Part shown: piece by piece, positions 10,304-21,099 of the stretch
Layout: each line of letters opens with the position of its first letter
Numbering within the stretch: the first letter of the stretch is position 1
Position numbers and translations under genes: made by a program
NCBI GenBank assembly: GCA_032128375.1
Contig: JAQBGU010000225.1
Span: 1 to 54,171, forward strand
DNA length: 54,171 bases
Direction of reading: 5' to 3'
Source of the DNA: Deltaproteobacteria bacterium
Lineage (GTDB): Bacteria > Myxococcota_A > UBA9160 > SMWR01
The notes under the pieces: model-generated
Seen by the model: only the letters and a program-made list of their open reading frames with translations
The model's database searches: none
What the model was told of the DNA's origin: nothing

Positions 10304-10552
10304 CGGCGCTTGGCTGCGAGGGCTTCCATATTGTCCCCTGGCGGGAGACGGATCCCGATCCTCGGAAAATTTTCTCGCGGATTTCCACGGCCGTCGCTCG
10401 TGCTCTCGAGCGATCGCACTACTGCGTAGGCCCTTACACCCGCTTTTTACGATCCAGCCGGTCTCACAGACTGCATTTGAATAGAACTGATCAGGATCTT
10501 GCGTGTAGGTCAAGCTTCGCTGCCGAATAGCCGATCCGAACTCTGCAAAGCG

Positions 10553-10571
10553 GGAATTATCTGATTATTCC
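10553..10571. promoter_or_regulatory. AT-rich 9-1-9 dyad (putative operator) upstream of lpxC
   Basis: GGAATTATC-T-GATTATTCC, 8 of 9 arm positions complementary, within an AT-rich patch about 140 bp upstream of lpxC. Confidence 0.4.
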
Positions 10572-10713
10572 TCAAGTGTGTAATTTCGTTCATTTTTTGT
10601 TGAATTGCACTGGTCTGGTTCGTCCCGGGGGTTCTGCTGACGCTTGCCGAGCGCGGGTTCGGCCGTCTACCGTGGGGCCGCTAGTCGATCGGTCGCGACA
10701 CGGGGAGAAGTGA

Positions 10714-11625
10714 GTGCGACAACAGACGATTGCTGAGAAAGTTTCGTGCACCGGTACTGGCCTACATAGCGGTGCCGCCGTGCAAGTCGTGCTGCGTCCC
10801 GCTCGTGCGAATACTGGGATCGTGTTCGTTCGCACGGACATCGACCCGAGGTGGGAAGTGCCAGCGCACCCAACCTCACTTGCATCGACTTACTTCGCAA
10901 CCACACTGCGGCGCAATGATGTATCCGTCGGGACCGTCGAACACATTTTGTCGGCGTTGTACGGGCTGGGAGTCGACAACGTTCGCGTGGAGGTCGATGG
11001 GCCCGAACTACCGGTGATGGATGGTAGTGCGGCGGGCTTCGTTTCCTTGATTCGCTCCGCTGGACTATTTCAACAACGCGAGCGACGCTGCACGATCCAG
11101 ATACTGAGCCCCATCGAGGTAGCCGAAAACGATCGCAGCATTCGGATCGATCCGGCGCCCACTTTCAGTGTCTCGTATGCGATCGACTTCGAGCATCCTG
11201 CCATTCGGCGCCAGGAGCTGAATCTCGATGTTGTTGATGCGGATCGATTCGAAAACGAGATCGCCAGCGCTCGAACCTTCGGGTTCCTCCGAGAAGTAGA
11301 TTCTCTTCGCAGCGCTGGGCTGGCATTGGGTGGAACGCTGGAAAATACCATCGTTCTCGATGATTGTTCCGTCATGAACACAGACGGCTTGCGCTGGCCC
11401 GATGAGTTCGTGCGTCACAAGGTTTTGGACCTGTTTGGCGATCTGGCGCTGCTGGGTAGCTGGCTGCTTGGCCATGTTCAGGTCGAAAAGGGCGGGCACA
11501 CGCTCCACCAACAATTGGTGTCTGCCATTATTGCCAACCCATATTCCTGGCAGCTCGACCACCCCAATGCACGCGTCGCGCGTGCGTTCGCGGCCAACCA
11601 GCAGCAACATGCGAACTCGGGATAG
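10714..11625 (+). CDS. lpxC: UDP-3-O-acyl-N-acetylglucosamine deacetylase
   Basis: GTGLHSG, TVEHILSAL, ELPVMDGSA, ARTFGF and DEFVRHKVLD motifs. Confidence 0.97.
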   Translation: MRQQTIAEKVSCTGTGLHSGAAVQVVLRPARANTGIVFVRTDIDPRWEVPAHPTSLASTYFATTLRRNDVSVGTVEHILSALYGLGVDNVRVEVDGPELPVMDGSAAGFVSLIRSAGLFQQRERRCTIQILSPIEVAENDRSIRIDPAPTFSVSYAIDFEHPAIRRQELNLDVVDADRFENEIASARTFGFLREVDSLRSAGLALGGTLENTIVLDDCSVMNTDGLRWPDEFVRHKVLDLFGDLALLGSWLLGHVQVEKGGHTLHQQLVSAIIANPYSWQLDHPNARVARAFAANQQQHANSG

Positions 11626-11680
11626 ACGCCGAAAAACCGCAGTAGGTCTCGGCTGTGTGTAGATAAGAAGTTCCAGCCCG

Positions 11681-12013
11681 CTATTCGATCGTCGCGAGTT
11701 CTTCGGCCAGTTTCTTGATGGCCCGTCGATCGGTGAACTCGATCCCCATGCCGGGCGTGCCAACCAGACCTGCCGCAATTCCTCTGGACCAGACGACACG
11801 CCCCTCGAGTTCGTGCTGGGGGCCCTTGGGTGAGGTCTGGAAACGCAGCTTCAGGACCGTTCCTTCACTCGGCGGCGTGTCGGATTCGATGAACAGGCCA
11901 CCGGCGCCGAGCGTGGTCGCCGTTTCGGAACGTGTCCCGGTATCGCAGAGGTATTCGACGACGATGCGAATCGTTCGACGGCGATAGCGCCGGGTTGGGT
12001 TTTGGTCGCTCAT
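11681..12013 (-). CDS. Stand-alone PilZ-domain protein (TIGR02266-like)
   Basis: RRYRR (RxxxR), 'TLGAGGLFIESD', 'EGRVVW' and 'PGMGIEF'; ATG at 12013, 10 nt after the giant TPR gene stop. Confidence 0.85.
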   Translation of the reverse strand: MSDQNPTRRYRRRTIRIVVEYLCDTGTRSETATTLGAGGLFIESDTPPSEGTVLKLRFQTSPKGPQHELEGRVVWSRGIAAGLVGTPGMGIEFTDRRAIKKLAEELATIE

Positions 12014-12023
12014 TCGGGTTTCC

Positions 12024-15000
12024 TCAGCTGTGATGCGACTCGATCCCGGCTGAGAGCCGGGTGAGCCAGGTTCCAATGGTGCGTCGCAACAACGCTGCCG
12101 CCTCGCGGCTCTGGGTGATCAGCGGTCCGAGATCGGCGCCGGGGGTCTTGTGGCTGGGATCATCGGCTGAGTGACTTGCCACGGAAATCAGCGTGTGGCC
12201 AAATTCGCTTCGGGTTGCGTCGATCGCGACGCTCTGCGCCATCGCCCGGACCGCGATGCGCCAGTCGCGAAAGTCTATCCTGGCGATCGATTCCATCGAG
12301 ACGCCGTCTAGGATCTTTCGAATGCGTCGTCGTGTTCGCCGCTTGAGAGCCGAAGAAAGCGCGTTGACGAGCCTTCCGTCGCCCTGGATCTGCTCTGCTT
12401 CGAGCGCCAGTGCGCAGACGATCTTGATCAGGTCGCCGAACTCTCGGTCAGTCAGTGGGAGCAGCGCTGATGCGCTGAGCTTCCCTTCGGCCGTGACCGC
12501 AGCGGCGTAGAAGGCCGCGACGGAGTCATCCGGTGTCGGCCCCGGAAGCGGATCAGACGCGTCCATTGACGTGGCGATCTCGTCTGCCGCCTCCACCACG
12601 ACTTCCCTCACCTTTTCCCAAAGTGGGTTCACCAATTCCAGATCGCCGCTGAAACGGGCTGGCGAGGCTGTGAAGTCTTCGTCCAGATCTGCGGGAGATG
12701 CCTGTCCCAATGCGTCTGCGATGGCGATGCCCAACGCGAACGTCTCGCGACTGTCGCAGTCTCGAGAAAGCCGGATCAACACCTGCAGCGACGAACGATG
12801 CGTCGGGTCCTCGTTGAGTACCCACTGGTGGTGGGCGAGTGCCTCCTGCCAATCGGCTGGACGGTGGCTGAGAAATTCTGCGAGTGCCGCGCGCATCACC
12901 AGCCGGTCCGGGTTCAACGCGATGGCTCGCCGGTAGACTGCGATCGCGCTGTCGGCATCCTCTAGAGGGCCGGCATACAGCCTACCGAGTTGTTGGAGAA
13001 CTTCCGAAAGACCTTCGCGGTCCTCGCCGAGGTGTTGATTCGAGAATTCCCGCAGCGTCTCAGCTGCGGCCCGCCAATCGCCCAATGCGCGTAGCAAGCG
13101 CGCGCGTGAAAGTGCTGCCTCGACACAGCGTGGGTCAGCAATCGCAGCGGTCTGGAACGCCGCCGCCGCTTCCTCCCGCTCGCCGATCTGTTCCAGCGCT
13201 CGACCCTGAATCAACGACAGCGTGGGGCTCGACTGGGCACCCTCGACGCCATTGATCGCGAGCGACGCGACCTGAAGCGCATCCTCCACGCGTTCTCGGT
13301 CCCACAGCAGCGCGGTGAGAGCTTCCCAAGGGCGAAGATCAACGGGGTTGCTGTCGAGCACGCCGCGCAGGTGTTGTTCCGCGGACCCGCTCGGGTCGTT
13401 CGCTTCCAGTTCCCACTCAGCGGCGCGCAACAATCGCTCAGCCCGTTCGATGGGAGTCGCGGCGACGTCCGCCCAACGCTCGAGGCAGGCGATACCGAGA
13501 TCGAGTCGCCCTTGGCTTTTCCACATCGCGACGAGGCTCTCATGGGCGGGGTCGAAGCGAGCGTCCGTGGCCAGCGCAGCTTCGAAGTTTTGCCGGGCCG
13601 CGTCGAAATCGTTTGCTTGCCAGTAGGTTCGTGCAATCAACGTCAGGTGTAGCGGGCGCTCATCGTTGGGACCGCCCTGTGCAAGTCGAGCCCCGAGCAC
13701 TGCCTGTGTGCGCGCGACGTCTCCCTGCTCGGCAAGTGCCTTGCCATATTCGGCCAGGGCGTCGGGGCTATCGGGCGCGATCTCGACGGCAACCGCAAAA
13801 CAGCGCAGCGCGGATTGACTGCGCCCGATTTCGACGGCCGCCAGTCCGCCCGCCATCGCGGTCTGCAAGTGAAGGCTCGCATCGAGATTGCCCGCCGTGA
13901 CCAAGTCGAGTGCGCGACCCGCCGACCGTTCCGCCTCATCAAACCCGCCCAACTCGAGGGCGAGCAGGGCCAATCGGGCGTGGGCCTCGACCGCGGCCGG
14001 ATCGTGGTGAATCGCGACGCGAAGCCGCGCTGCAGCGATTGATGGCGCGTTCTCCGCGCACAACTGTGCAGCATGAATCAACCGCGCACAGGCCTCGTTG
14101 TCGCCACCGAGTTCCGCGGCGATGCTGAGAGCCTCGGCCGCGCCGTCGTCGTCCCCTGTTTGTTCCCGCAGTCGTGCCGTCAGGTCCCAGGCTGGAGCGA
14201 GTTCTGGATCGGCCGCGACAGCTCGTTCGACCCGCGCGAGCGCCCGGGAATTTTGTCCCAGCTCATGAAGTGTTAGCGCGAGTCTCAGATGATCGAGAGC
14301 ATTGGCGCCGGTGTCTTCGCGATCGCACCAGGTCTCGAGTGTGTCGGCGAATACAGCCTGGTTGCCGCTCGATTCGTGCAAACCGGCGAGGCGGCGCAGA
14401 TCCTGGGCCTCGAGTGGGAAAATTTGGGCTGCATACTCGTAGCCCCGAATCGCCCGATCGATCTCTCGGGTGCGCTCGCAAGCATGCCGTGCGGAACGAA
14501 GGGCAATTTCGGCGCGACGCGCCGGTTCCGCGTCGCCGAGCATTTCGATCTCGCTGTCGTAGAGGTCCAGGGCGCCGCGCCAGTCTTCCATGGCTTCGAG
14601 TAGCTGCTGGAGCGAGCGCAGCGACCCGAAATCATCGGGGTTGGATTCGAGCGCGGATGCATACCAGCGACTGGCGCGCGTGGTGGATTCGAGCCGACGC
14701 CAATACAGGTCTCCGAGCCGCCGTTGGATGGCCGCACGCGACGGGCCCGAAGCGTCGACGGCGTGTTCCAGTTCGTCTACGAGGGTTTGCGCGACTTCGG
14801 ACCAGTTGCCCTGGCGCTCGGCCGCACTGCGCAAGCCACGCAGCGCGGCGATGTTAGCGGGTTCGAATGCGAGAACCTGCCGGTAGGCTTCTGCGGCGGG
14901 CCCGGTCCACTGCATCCGTTCGTCTCTCAAACGCGCGAGTTCCATCCAACCCGCGGGATCATTCGCATTGCGCGCCAAGTGGGCGGCGAGCCAGGTCTCG

Positions 15001-18000
15001 AGTTCGATCCAATTGCCCTGGACCCGCAGCAGCCGAAGCAGCGAGCTCGTATCGCTGGTCTCCGCCGGATCCGAATCGGTCGAAGCTCCAGCATTGACCA
15101 GTGCGATGAGATGCTCGAGCGCGGTGTCGGGTCGGCCGAGTTCTTGTTCGTAGGTCCGCGCCAGCTCGCGATGAAGTTCGACGCGCCGCTCCGCAAATAC
15201 ATCCTTTTCCCGATCGAGAATGTGCAGTTCTTGTTCGGCGCAACGCGCCCAGGCTTCGGGTTCCCCCGCCACGCGTAGCGAGTATCCAAGTTCTCGAAGC
15301 AGTTCGCCGTGCAGTGGAGTGCTGGCTGGTACCAACGCAACCGCTTTCCAAAGCTGGTCACTGGCCCGGCGTGGGCTCGCTAACGGCCCGCTGAACAGGG
15401 CTGCCAAATCCCTCAGCGCCGCGATCTGCTGCGAGGTGTCCGCAATGCTGTCGATCCAGGCTTCGCGCGCGCGCGCTAGCTGGCGTGAGCGTCCGAGCTT
15501 TTGGTAGAGCGCGCAAAGAGCCTGCAGGATCTCGGGATCGCCGGGCGCGACAAGCTCGGCATCTTCCAACGCGGCGACAGCGCGACTCGGATAGCCGAGT
15601 TCGTGTTCGAGGATTCGGGCGCGCTCGCGATGCAGCTCGAGTTGCCGAGTCGGGTCGCCGATCAATGCGAGCTCACATTCCAACGAACGCAGCGTCGCTT
15701 CTTGGCGACCGCCGAGTTGGTGAATTTCCGTCATGCGGCGGATGATCGTCGGATCGTCTGGGCGCTCGCGGCGAAGCCGTTCGAGCCAGGGGAGCGCCGA
15801 TTCTGGACTCAGTCGGTCCCAGGCGATCTCGATCGCGTCTTCGAAAAGCCCGATACGTTCGCGAACGCTGGTGTTGCGCGTCTGCTGGAACACGCAGTCG
15901 AGTACCTCCTCCCAGCGTCCCAGTCCGGCCAGCACCTCACGCAGATCGCCAACGACATCGGCGTGTGGATCGAGCGTCAGCAGCTCTCGGTAGTCGGTTA
16001 TTGCGGCTTCGGGGCGGTGGAACACCCGGCTGTTGAGCCGCGCACGGCGCGCAAGGTGAGCGGCGCGCTGCACAGGCGGCAAATCTCGTCGCAGTGCGGT
16101 TTCCAGCAGCTCGAGCAGGGTTTTCGCGTGGAGCGTGGCAGCTGACGAGGCGGGCGCGTCCGCGTCGTTTGCGGTTTGGCTTTCAGACTCGTCGTGCATG
16201 CGCTCTGCCAGATTCAACGCACGAGCAATTGCTTCTTCGTGATCGAATCGAAGTGCGAGCACCCGCTTCAAGTGGATGAGCGCTTCGCCGCGACGCGCGG
16301 GGTTGGCCTCGAGCAGGCTCGCAAGTTCGATTCGAACCTGGATCTCGTCATCACCGGCGAGCCGCGACAAGTCGAGCTCGAGCAGCCTGACGAGCGGTTC
16401 GTGATCCTCGAGCTGTCGGTACAGGCTGCACAACACAGCTTGCGCGTCTCGATCACTGGGGCGAGCGGTCAGAACGTTTCGGTATGCCTGCGCGGCGTCG
16501 CGCGATCGCCCGACTCGTCTCAGTGCGGCTCCCTGTCGGGTGAACCAACAGGCGCGTTCATCCGCATCGGTGCACTGCGCGGCGGCCTTCGTGCACAGCT
16601 CAACCAGATCTTCGGTGCGATCGCCGCGCTCGTACAATGCCGCCAATGGCTCGGCGATGAACGGCTCCGGGCCTAGCTCGTCGACGCTCGGCTCGAGAGT
16701 GGCGATCGCCATTTCGAGATCGTCGAATTCGGTCGCCTGCAGCCCGGCGATTCGCAGTCGAAGCGAGGCACGAAGTTTGGGCCATTCGCCGCTGTCCTCG
16801 GAAGGCTGCTCGAGTGCGGCCAATCGCGCTTTGAGCAGCGCGACCACCTCGGTGGCATTTCCCCTGCTTTCCCAGTACTCGAGGAGAAAGTCGGAAGCGG
16901 CCGAGTGGGTCTGGTCGAGCAGCAGAATCTGCTCGTAATGCTCGTGGGCGCGGTCCGTGTCGTTGAGGGGATGGACGCATAGTTCTGCGGCCCGGCCGCG
17001 CAGAGTCAGCTCGCGATCGGAGTCGGGGCCCGTTGCGAGTTCCGCTTCTATCGCGCTGACCAGGCTCTCGATCTGGCCCTGTTGTTCGTACAGTGAGGCG
17101 AGGATGCGCCAAAGATCCGCACGCTCGGGTGCGATCGTTGCGGCCGCTTCGAATTGGTCAATCGCCCGAGGCCAGTTTCGCAGCCGTTCGCGGTAGATCG
17201 AACCAAGCCGCACGTGGACCTGGCAATCCCCATCCGACTCGTCACCGAGTGACGCCTCGAGATGCGTTCGCAGCTGCTCCCACTGCTCGTTTCGCTCGAG
17301 CTGATCCTCCAACCGCTGAGCCGCCCGCTTTCGCAGGGAATCGTCCTCGCACGATCTGACCAGGTGCCGGTACAAGGTGAGGCTTTCGGGCTCCCGGTCG
17401 AGGACTTCTTCGAGCAGCACGGCGCGTTCGAATGCGCACTGGTCGCGGGTTTCTGGTGAGCGGGCCAGTTCCATTTGCTCGCCGAGAAACGCGGCCAGTT
17501 CAGACGCGTCGCCGCTGGCCCGCAACGACCGTTCGAGGCCCTCGCGCGCCAGGTCTGAGCTGCTGTCTTGGTCGTATGCGCAGCGGTAGGCGGCGGCTGC
17601 GGCGTCGAATCGTGACAGATTGTCGAACAACACACTGGCGCGTCGAAGCGTGAGAGCCATGGATTCCGGATCGGAAGCATCGAGCGACGCAGCACGCTTC
17701 GCGAGCTGGCTTGCCAGTTCTTCGTAGCGCGCCATGCGCTCGAGGTAGTCTTCGAGGCGGTCGTCGAGGTCGTCGAGATTGCTGAGGTTGCTGAGGTCGG
17801 ATTCGCAATCGGCGTGAGTGATTTCTCGCTGGATCTGGATCAAGATGTCGATCGCGCTGTTCACGTCGCCGAGCCGATCTCCGACGAGTCGAGACAGTTC
17901 ATCGAGGCACTTGATCCGCGCCGGGAATGATACGAGGCTGGCGATCTGTCGTTTCGTGTTCGCGAGTTCTTCGATTCGACCGGCCAACAGCAGCGCGGCA

Positions 18001-20012
18001 GCCAAAGGTTCCAGTGTTGCCACGTCGAACGGGTCGAGTTCGAGTGCGGATTGATAGGCTTCGATCGCGGCATCTGTGCGGTTGAAGCGCATGTGCACAC
18101 CCGCCAGCCTGCGTCGGTTGGCAATCCGATCGCTGTCGGAAAGGTGATCGTCGAGTCTTTCCAGTGCAGCCGCCAATGGCGTGTCGTGGCCGAGCAATTC
18201 GTGCAACCGCGCGCATTCGGAATGGGCATTGGCGGCTTCCGGCTGCGCGATACTCCATTTCTCGACCCAAGTCAGAGCTGACTCGAGGTCGTCGCGGGCT
18301 TCGAACCTCGGCACGAGCTCGGCAGTCAGTTGGGCCAGACGGTTCCCACTGGTCGCGACCTCAGCTTCTCTTTCGAAGGCCCGCAGCTGTGCGTCATCGT
18401 CACCCGATTCGTTGGCGAGGCGTTGCAGGCTTCGATGCGCCGCAGTCGTATTCGGTTCGATTTCGAGCACCTGCTCCAGACTGCGAACTGCCTCTGCCTG
18501 TTCATCAAAATGTTCCGTCAGCAGCGCTGCCAACGTACACAGGTGCCTGATTCTGTCCCCCGGGACCGCGACATCTGCCGCTCTCTCCAGAAGTGACCGC
18601 AGCGACAACCAGTCCTCGGTCTTGCGGTACAACCGTTCCAATGTCGAGGCGACGTTCGGGCATCGCGGGTCCGCTTCGAATGCGCGTTCGAACGCCTCGA
18701 GGGCAGCCGGGGTGTCGGCGAGGCGTTCTTCAAACACCGATCCGAGTTCGGCGAGCGCGACGGCGCGCAGTTCGTCGTCCGAGCCCGCCAGCGTTGCGCG
18801 TTGCTCGAGTACCTCGATCATCTGCTCGTCGCGCCCGAGCAGCGAGAGCACTTCACACAGCGCTTCCACCACCAGCGAATCGTCGGGCGCGGTTTCGAAT
18901 GCGAGTTCGAGTTCTTCGGCGGCGCGGTCTGCGTCCCCGGCGTCCGAGTGAAGCGCCGCAAGTTCCATCAACATCGAGACCGGCGGTGTGCCAGCCCACA
19001 TTGCGGTGGCGCGTTCGAGGTTTCGCAGCAACCCCTCGTCATCGCCGGTATCCCGCGCGAGATCCGCGAGAGCCGTGCAGGTTGCTGGGTCTTTGGGGTC
19101 GAGTTCGGCTGCGCGCTCGAACCACAGTTTCGCTGAGCTCGGGTTGGAGAGCTCTTCCAGTTGCAGCCGTCCGGTCTCGACAGCGATCTGCGTTCGCAGT
19201 TCGACGTTGGTCTCGAGTTCGAAGCGGCGTTCCTGAAGATCCGAAACAAGTATCCAATGCTGATCGAGCTTTGCCTGCGCGACCACCGCTTCGAGTACTT
19301 CGGCGTTGTTGGGTTCGTCGGTCAGCGCACGGCGATAGAGGTCTTTGGCTTGCTCGGGTTTCTGGAGCGGACCCCTGGCCAGTCGTGCGCGACATACCAG
19401 AGCTCTTGCACGAGCCGGTCCGCGCAGTAGTTGGATCGCCTGATCCCATGCATGCGCGGCCTGTTCGGGGTGACCCTCCGCTTCGAACGCACGCGCGGAT
19501 CCTTCCAATGCGTCGAGGTCAGAGGAATCCTCGGCGAGCGCGCGCGAGAAGAAGCCAAGCGCTTCATTTCGATCTTGCAGATGGTCCAACCAGATCGTGC
19601 CCATCTCGGCGAGTACCCTGGCTCTTTCTCTGGCTTGCTGGGGAAGTGCGACTTCGACTTCCGCAATCTGGAGTGCGATTTCCCACTGGCCCCTTGCAGT
19701 GTGCACTTTTCGCATGCGCAACATCGCGGCGCGACACCTGGAATCCGCCAGAAGTGCTTCGCGGTAGCACTGCAGAGCCTGGTCTGCGTCGTCGAGTCGG
19801 TCCTGGTGGACCTGGCCCATCCGGAGCTGGAGCAAAGCGCGCTCGGCAGGCGATTGGGCCAGCGCGTTCGAACCGATCCGACTCCGGTAGGCCGCGATCA
19901 GCGCTCCCCATTGTCCGGCGAGATGCAGTTCTTCTTCGAGCGCCGCGAAGGCCTGGCCATCGTCCGGATTTGCGAGAAAACGCTCTCGCTGGCGGTCGAG
20001 TAGCGAAGTCAA
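12024..20012 (-). CDS. Giant (2662 aa) tetratricopeptide-repeat protein
   Basis: Dozens of TPR-like units (e.g. 'AIEAYQSALELDP', 'AAEAYRQVLAFEP'); TTG start preceded by AGGAG; no obvious signal peptide. Confidence 0.88.
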   Translation of the reverse strand: MTSLLDRQRERFLANPDDGQAFAALEEELHLAGQWGALIAAYRSRIGSNALAQSPAERALLQLRMGQVHQDRLDDADQALQCYREALLADSRCRAAMLRMRKVHTARGQWEIALQIAEVEVALPQQARERARVLAEMGTIWLDHLQDRNEALGFFSRALAEDSSDLDALEGSARAFEAEGHPEQAAHAWDQAIQLLRGPARARALVCRARLARGPLQKPEQAKDLYRRALTDEPNNAEVLEAVVAQAKLDQHWILVSDLQERRFELETNVELRTQIAVETGRLQLEELSNPSSAKLWFERAAELDPKDPATCTALADLARDTGDDEGLLRNLERATAMWAGTPPVSMLMELAALHSDAGDADRAAEELELAFETAPDDSLVVEALCEVLSLLGRDEQMIEVLEQRATLAGSDDELRAVALAELGSVFEERLADTPAALEAFERAFEADPRCPNVASTLERLYRKTEDWLSLRSLLERAADVAVPGDRIRHLCTLAALLTEHFDEQAEAVRSLEQVLEIEPNTTAAHRSLQRLANESGDDDAQLRAFEREAEVATSGNRLAQLTAELVPRFEARDDLESALTWVEKWSIAQPEAANAHSECARLHELLGHDTPLAAALERLDDHLSDSDRIANRRRLAGVHMRFNRTDAAIEAYQSALELDPFDVATLEPLAAALLLAGRIEELANTKRQIASLVSFPARIKCLDELSRLVGDRLGDVNSAIDILIQIQREITHADCESDLSNLSNLDDLDDRLEDYLERMARYEELASQLAKRAASLDASDPESMALTLRRASVLFDNLSRFDAAAAAYRCAYDQDSSSDLAREGLERSLRASGDASELAAFLGEQMELARSPETRDQCAFERAVLLEEVLDREPESLTLYRHLVRSCEDDSLRKRAAQRLEDQLERNEQWEQLRTHLEASLGDESDGDCQVHVRLGSIYRERLRNWPRAIDQFEAAATIAPERADLWRILASLYEQQGQIESLVSAIEAELATGPDSDRELTLRGRAAELCVHPLNDTDRAHEHYEQILLLDQTHSAASDFLLEYWESRGNATEVVALLKARLAALEQPSEDSGEWPKLRASLRLRIAGLQATEFDDLEMAIATLEPSVDELGPEPFIAEPLAALYERGDRTEDLVELCTKAAAQCTDADERACWFTRQGAALRRVGRSRDAAQAYRNVLTARPSDRDAQAVLCSLYRQLEDHEPLVRLLELDLSRLAGDDEIQVRIELASLLEANPARRGEALIHLKRVLALRFDHEEAIARALNLAERMHDESESQTANDADAPASSAATLHAKTLLELLETALRRDLPPVQRAAHLARRARLNSRVFHRPEAAITDYRELLTLDPHADVVGDLREVLAGLGRWEEVLDCVFQQTRNTSVRERIGLFEDAIEIAWDRLSPESALPWLERLRRERPDDPTIIRRMTEIHQLGGRQEATLRSLECELALIGDPTRQLELHRERARILEHELGYPSRAVAALEDAELVAPGDPEILQALCALYQKLGRSRQLARAREAWIDSIADTSQQIAALRDLAALFSGPLASPRRASDQLWKAVALVPASTPLHGELLRELGYSLRVAGEPEAWARCAEQELHILDREKDVFAERRVELHRELARTYEQELGRPDTALEHLIALVNAGASTDSDPAETSDTSSLLRLLRVQGNWIELETWLAAHLARNANDPAGWMELARLRDERMQWTGPAAEAYRQVLAFEPANIAALRGLRSAAERQGNWSEVAQTLVDELEHAVDASGPSRAAIQRRLGDLYWRRLESTTRASRWYASALESNPDDFGSLRSLQQLLEAMEDWRGALDLYDSEIEMLGDAEPARRAEIALRSARHACERTREIDRAIRGYEYAAQIFPLEAQDLRRLAGLHESSGNQAVFADTLETWCDREDTGANALDHLRLALTLHELGQNSRALARVERAVAADPELAPAWDLTARLREQTGDDDGAAEALSIAAELGGDNEACARLIHAAQLCAENAPSIAAARLRVAIHHDPAAVEAHARLALLALELGGFDEAERSAGRALDLVTAGNLDASLHLQTAMAGGLAAVEIGRSQSALRCFAVAVEIAPDSPDALAEYGKALAEQGDVARTQAVLGARLAQGGPNDERPLHLTLIARTYWQANDFDAARQNFEAALATDARFDPAHESLVAMWKSQGRLDLGIACLERWADVAATPIERAERLLRAAEWELEANDPSGSAEQHLRGVLDSNPVDLRPWEALTALLWDRERVEDALQVASLAINGVEGAQSSPTLSLIQGRALEQIGEREEAAAAFQTAAIADPRCVEAALSRARLLRALGDWRAAAETLREFSNQHLGEDREGLSEVLQQLGRLYAGPLEDADSAIAVYRRAIALNPDRLVMRAALAEFLSHRPADWQEALAHHQWVLNEDPTHRSSLQVLIRLSRDCDSRETFALGIAIADALGQASPADLDEDFTASPARFSGDLELVNPLWEKVREVVVEAADEIATSMDASDPLPGPTPDDSVAAFYAAAVTAEGKLSASALLPLTDREFGDLIKIVCALALEAEQIQGDGRLVNALSSALKRRTRRRIRKILDGVSMESIARIDFRDWRIAVRAMAQSVAIDATRSEFGHTLISVASHSADDPSHKTPGADLGPLITQSREAAALLRRTIGTWLTRLSAGIESHHS

Positions 20013-20256
20013 GCGGTCTCCTGTTCACGTGACATCTGAATATGCGTCTGAGTCATCGACCGCCTGGTGCTACACCTTGAAGGAATTCGGTTGCGGCGCG
20101 TTTTCAGTTTGATTAGATTTTCCGCCGGTTTAGATACCTTTGGCGCCGCCTCGGGAGTGCGCGTCCGCGACGCGATCGTGTACCGGATCGGTGCTACCCG
20201 CCCGCACGTCCTCGGTGCGATTCGGATCGGTTCCCCGAGGGAAAGCGCTGGAATGA

Positions 20257-21099
20257 TTGGGAATGTTTCCTATGTGGGGGGGCGAGTCTCTGCACGCACC
20301 GGTCCGGGCGGTCGCCGAGGTCCTCGCAAACGACGCTGAGGGGGAGTCGAGTAGGCGGATGCAGCTGCGGGTGCCCGATTTTCCCGGTTTTGCGCCGGGG
20401 CAGTTCGCCATGCTGTCTGCTGGTCCGCTGATGACTGCTCCACGGACTGACCCGCTACTGCCGCGTCCGATGGCGATCTATCGTGCGATCGATGCCCCTG
20501 GGGGGCCCGCGATCGAGATCCTGTACAAGATCACCGGCCGCGGCACATCGCTGCTGGCTGAAGCGCGGCCCGGCCAGAAGATCTCGATCGTAGGGCCACT
20601 TGGACGCGCTTTCCCGCATCCGGAGCCCGCTGAGCGGGTGCTGATCGTTGCGGGTGGGACGGGCATCGCATCCGTCTTCGATCTCGCAGCGCAGCTCAGG
20701 TCGTCGCACGGACTGAGCGTGCTGTTGGGCTCGCGGACTGCTGGGGATCTGATGGCGGTGGAGGATTTCGAGTCGCTCGGCATCCCCTTGCAGATCGCGA
20801 CGGACGACGGAACTCGCGGTGCCCGTGGCCAGGTCACGGATTTACTATCGGCGGCACTGGAAAGTGCTGAATCGACAAGGGTTTTTACCTGCGGGCCGAC
20901 TCAGATGATGCATCGCTGTGCGCAGATTTGCGCCGCGGCTGATGTCCCCTGCATCGCCGCGCTGGAGAACCACATGGCGTGCGGGTTTGGCGTGTGCCTC
21001 GGGTGTGCGGCGCCGCTCGTCCGCGGAGGTTATGCGTTGGTTTGTCGAGACGGCCCAGCCTTCGATGCCGCCTTGATCGATTGGGAGAGGCTGCCTTGA
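20257..21099 (+). CDS. pyrK: Dihydroorotate dehydrogenase electron transfer subunit (start uncertain)
   Basis: PGQFAML, LPRPMAI, GPLG, AGGTGIA, CGPTQMM and the 2Fe-2S motif CGFGVCLGC...VCRDGP; stop overlaps the pyrD start. Confidence 0.92.
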   Translation: MGMFPMWGGESLHAPVRAVAEVLANDAEGESSRRMQLRVPDFPGFAPGQFAMLSAGPLMTAPRTDPLLPRPMAIYRAIDAPGGPAIEILYKITGRGTSLLAEARPGQKISIVGPLGRAFPHPEPAERVLIVAGGTGIASVFDLAAQLRSSHGLSVLLGSRTAGDLMAVEDFESLGIPLQIATDDGTRGARGQVTDLLSAALESAESTRVFTCGPTQMMHRCAQICAAADVPCIAALENHMACGFGVCLGCAAPLVRGGYALVCRDGPAFDAALIDWERLP

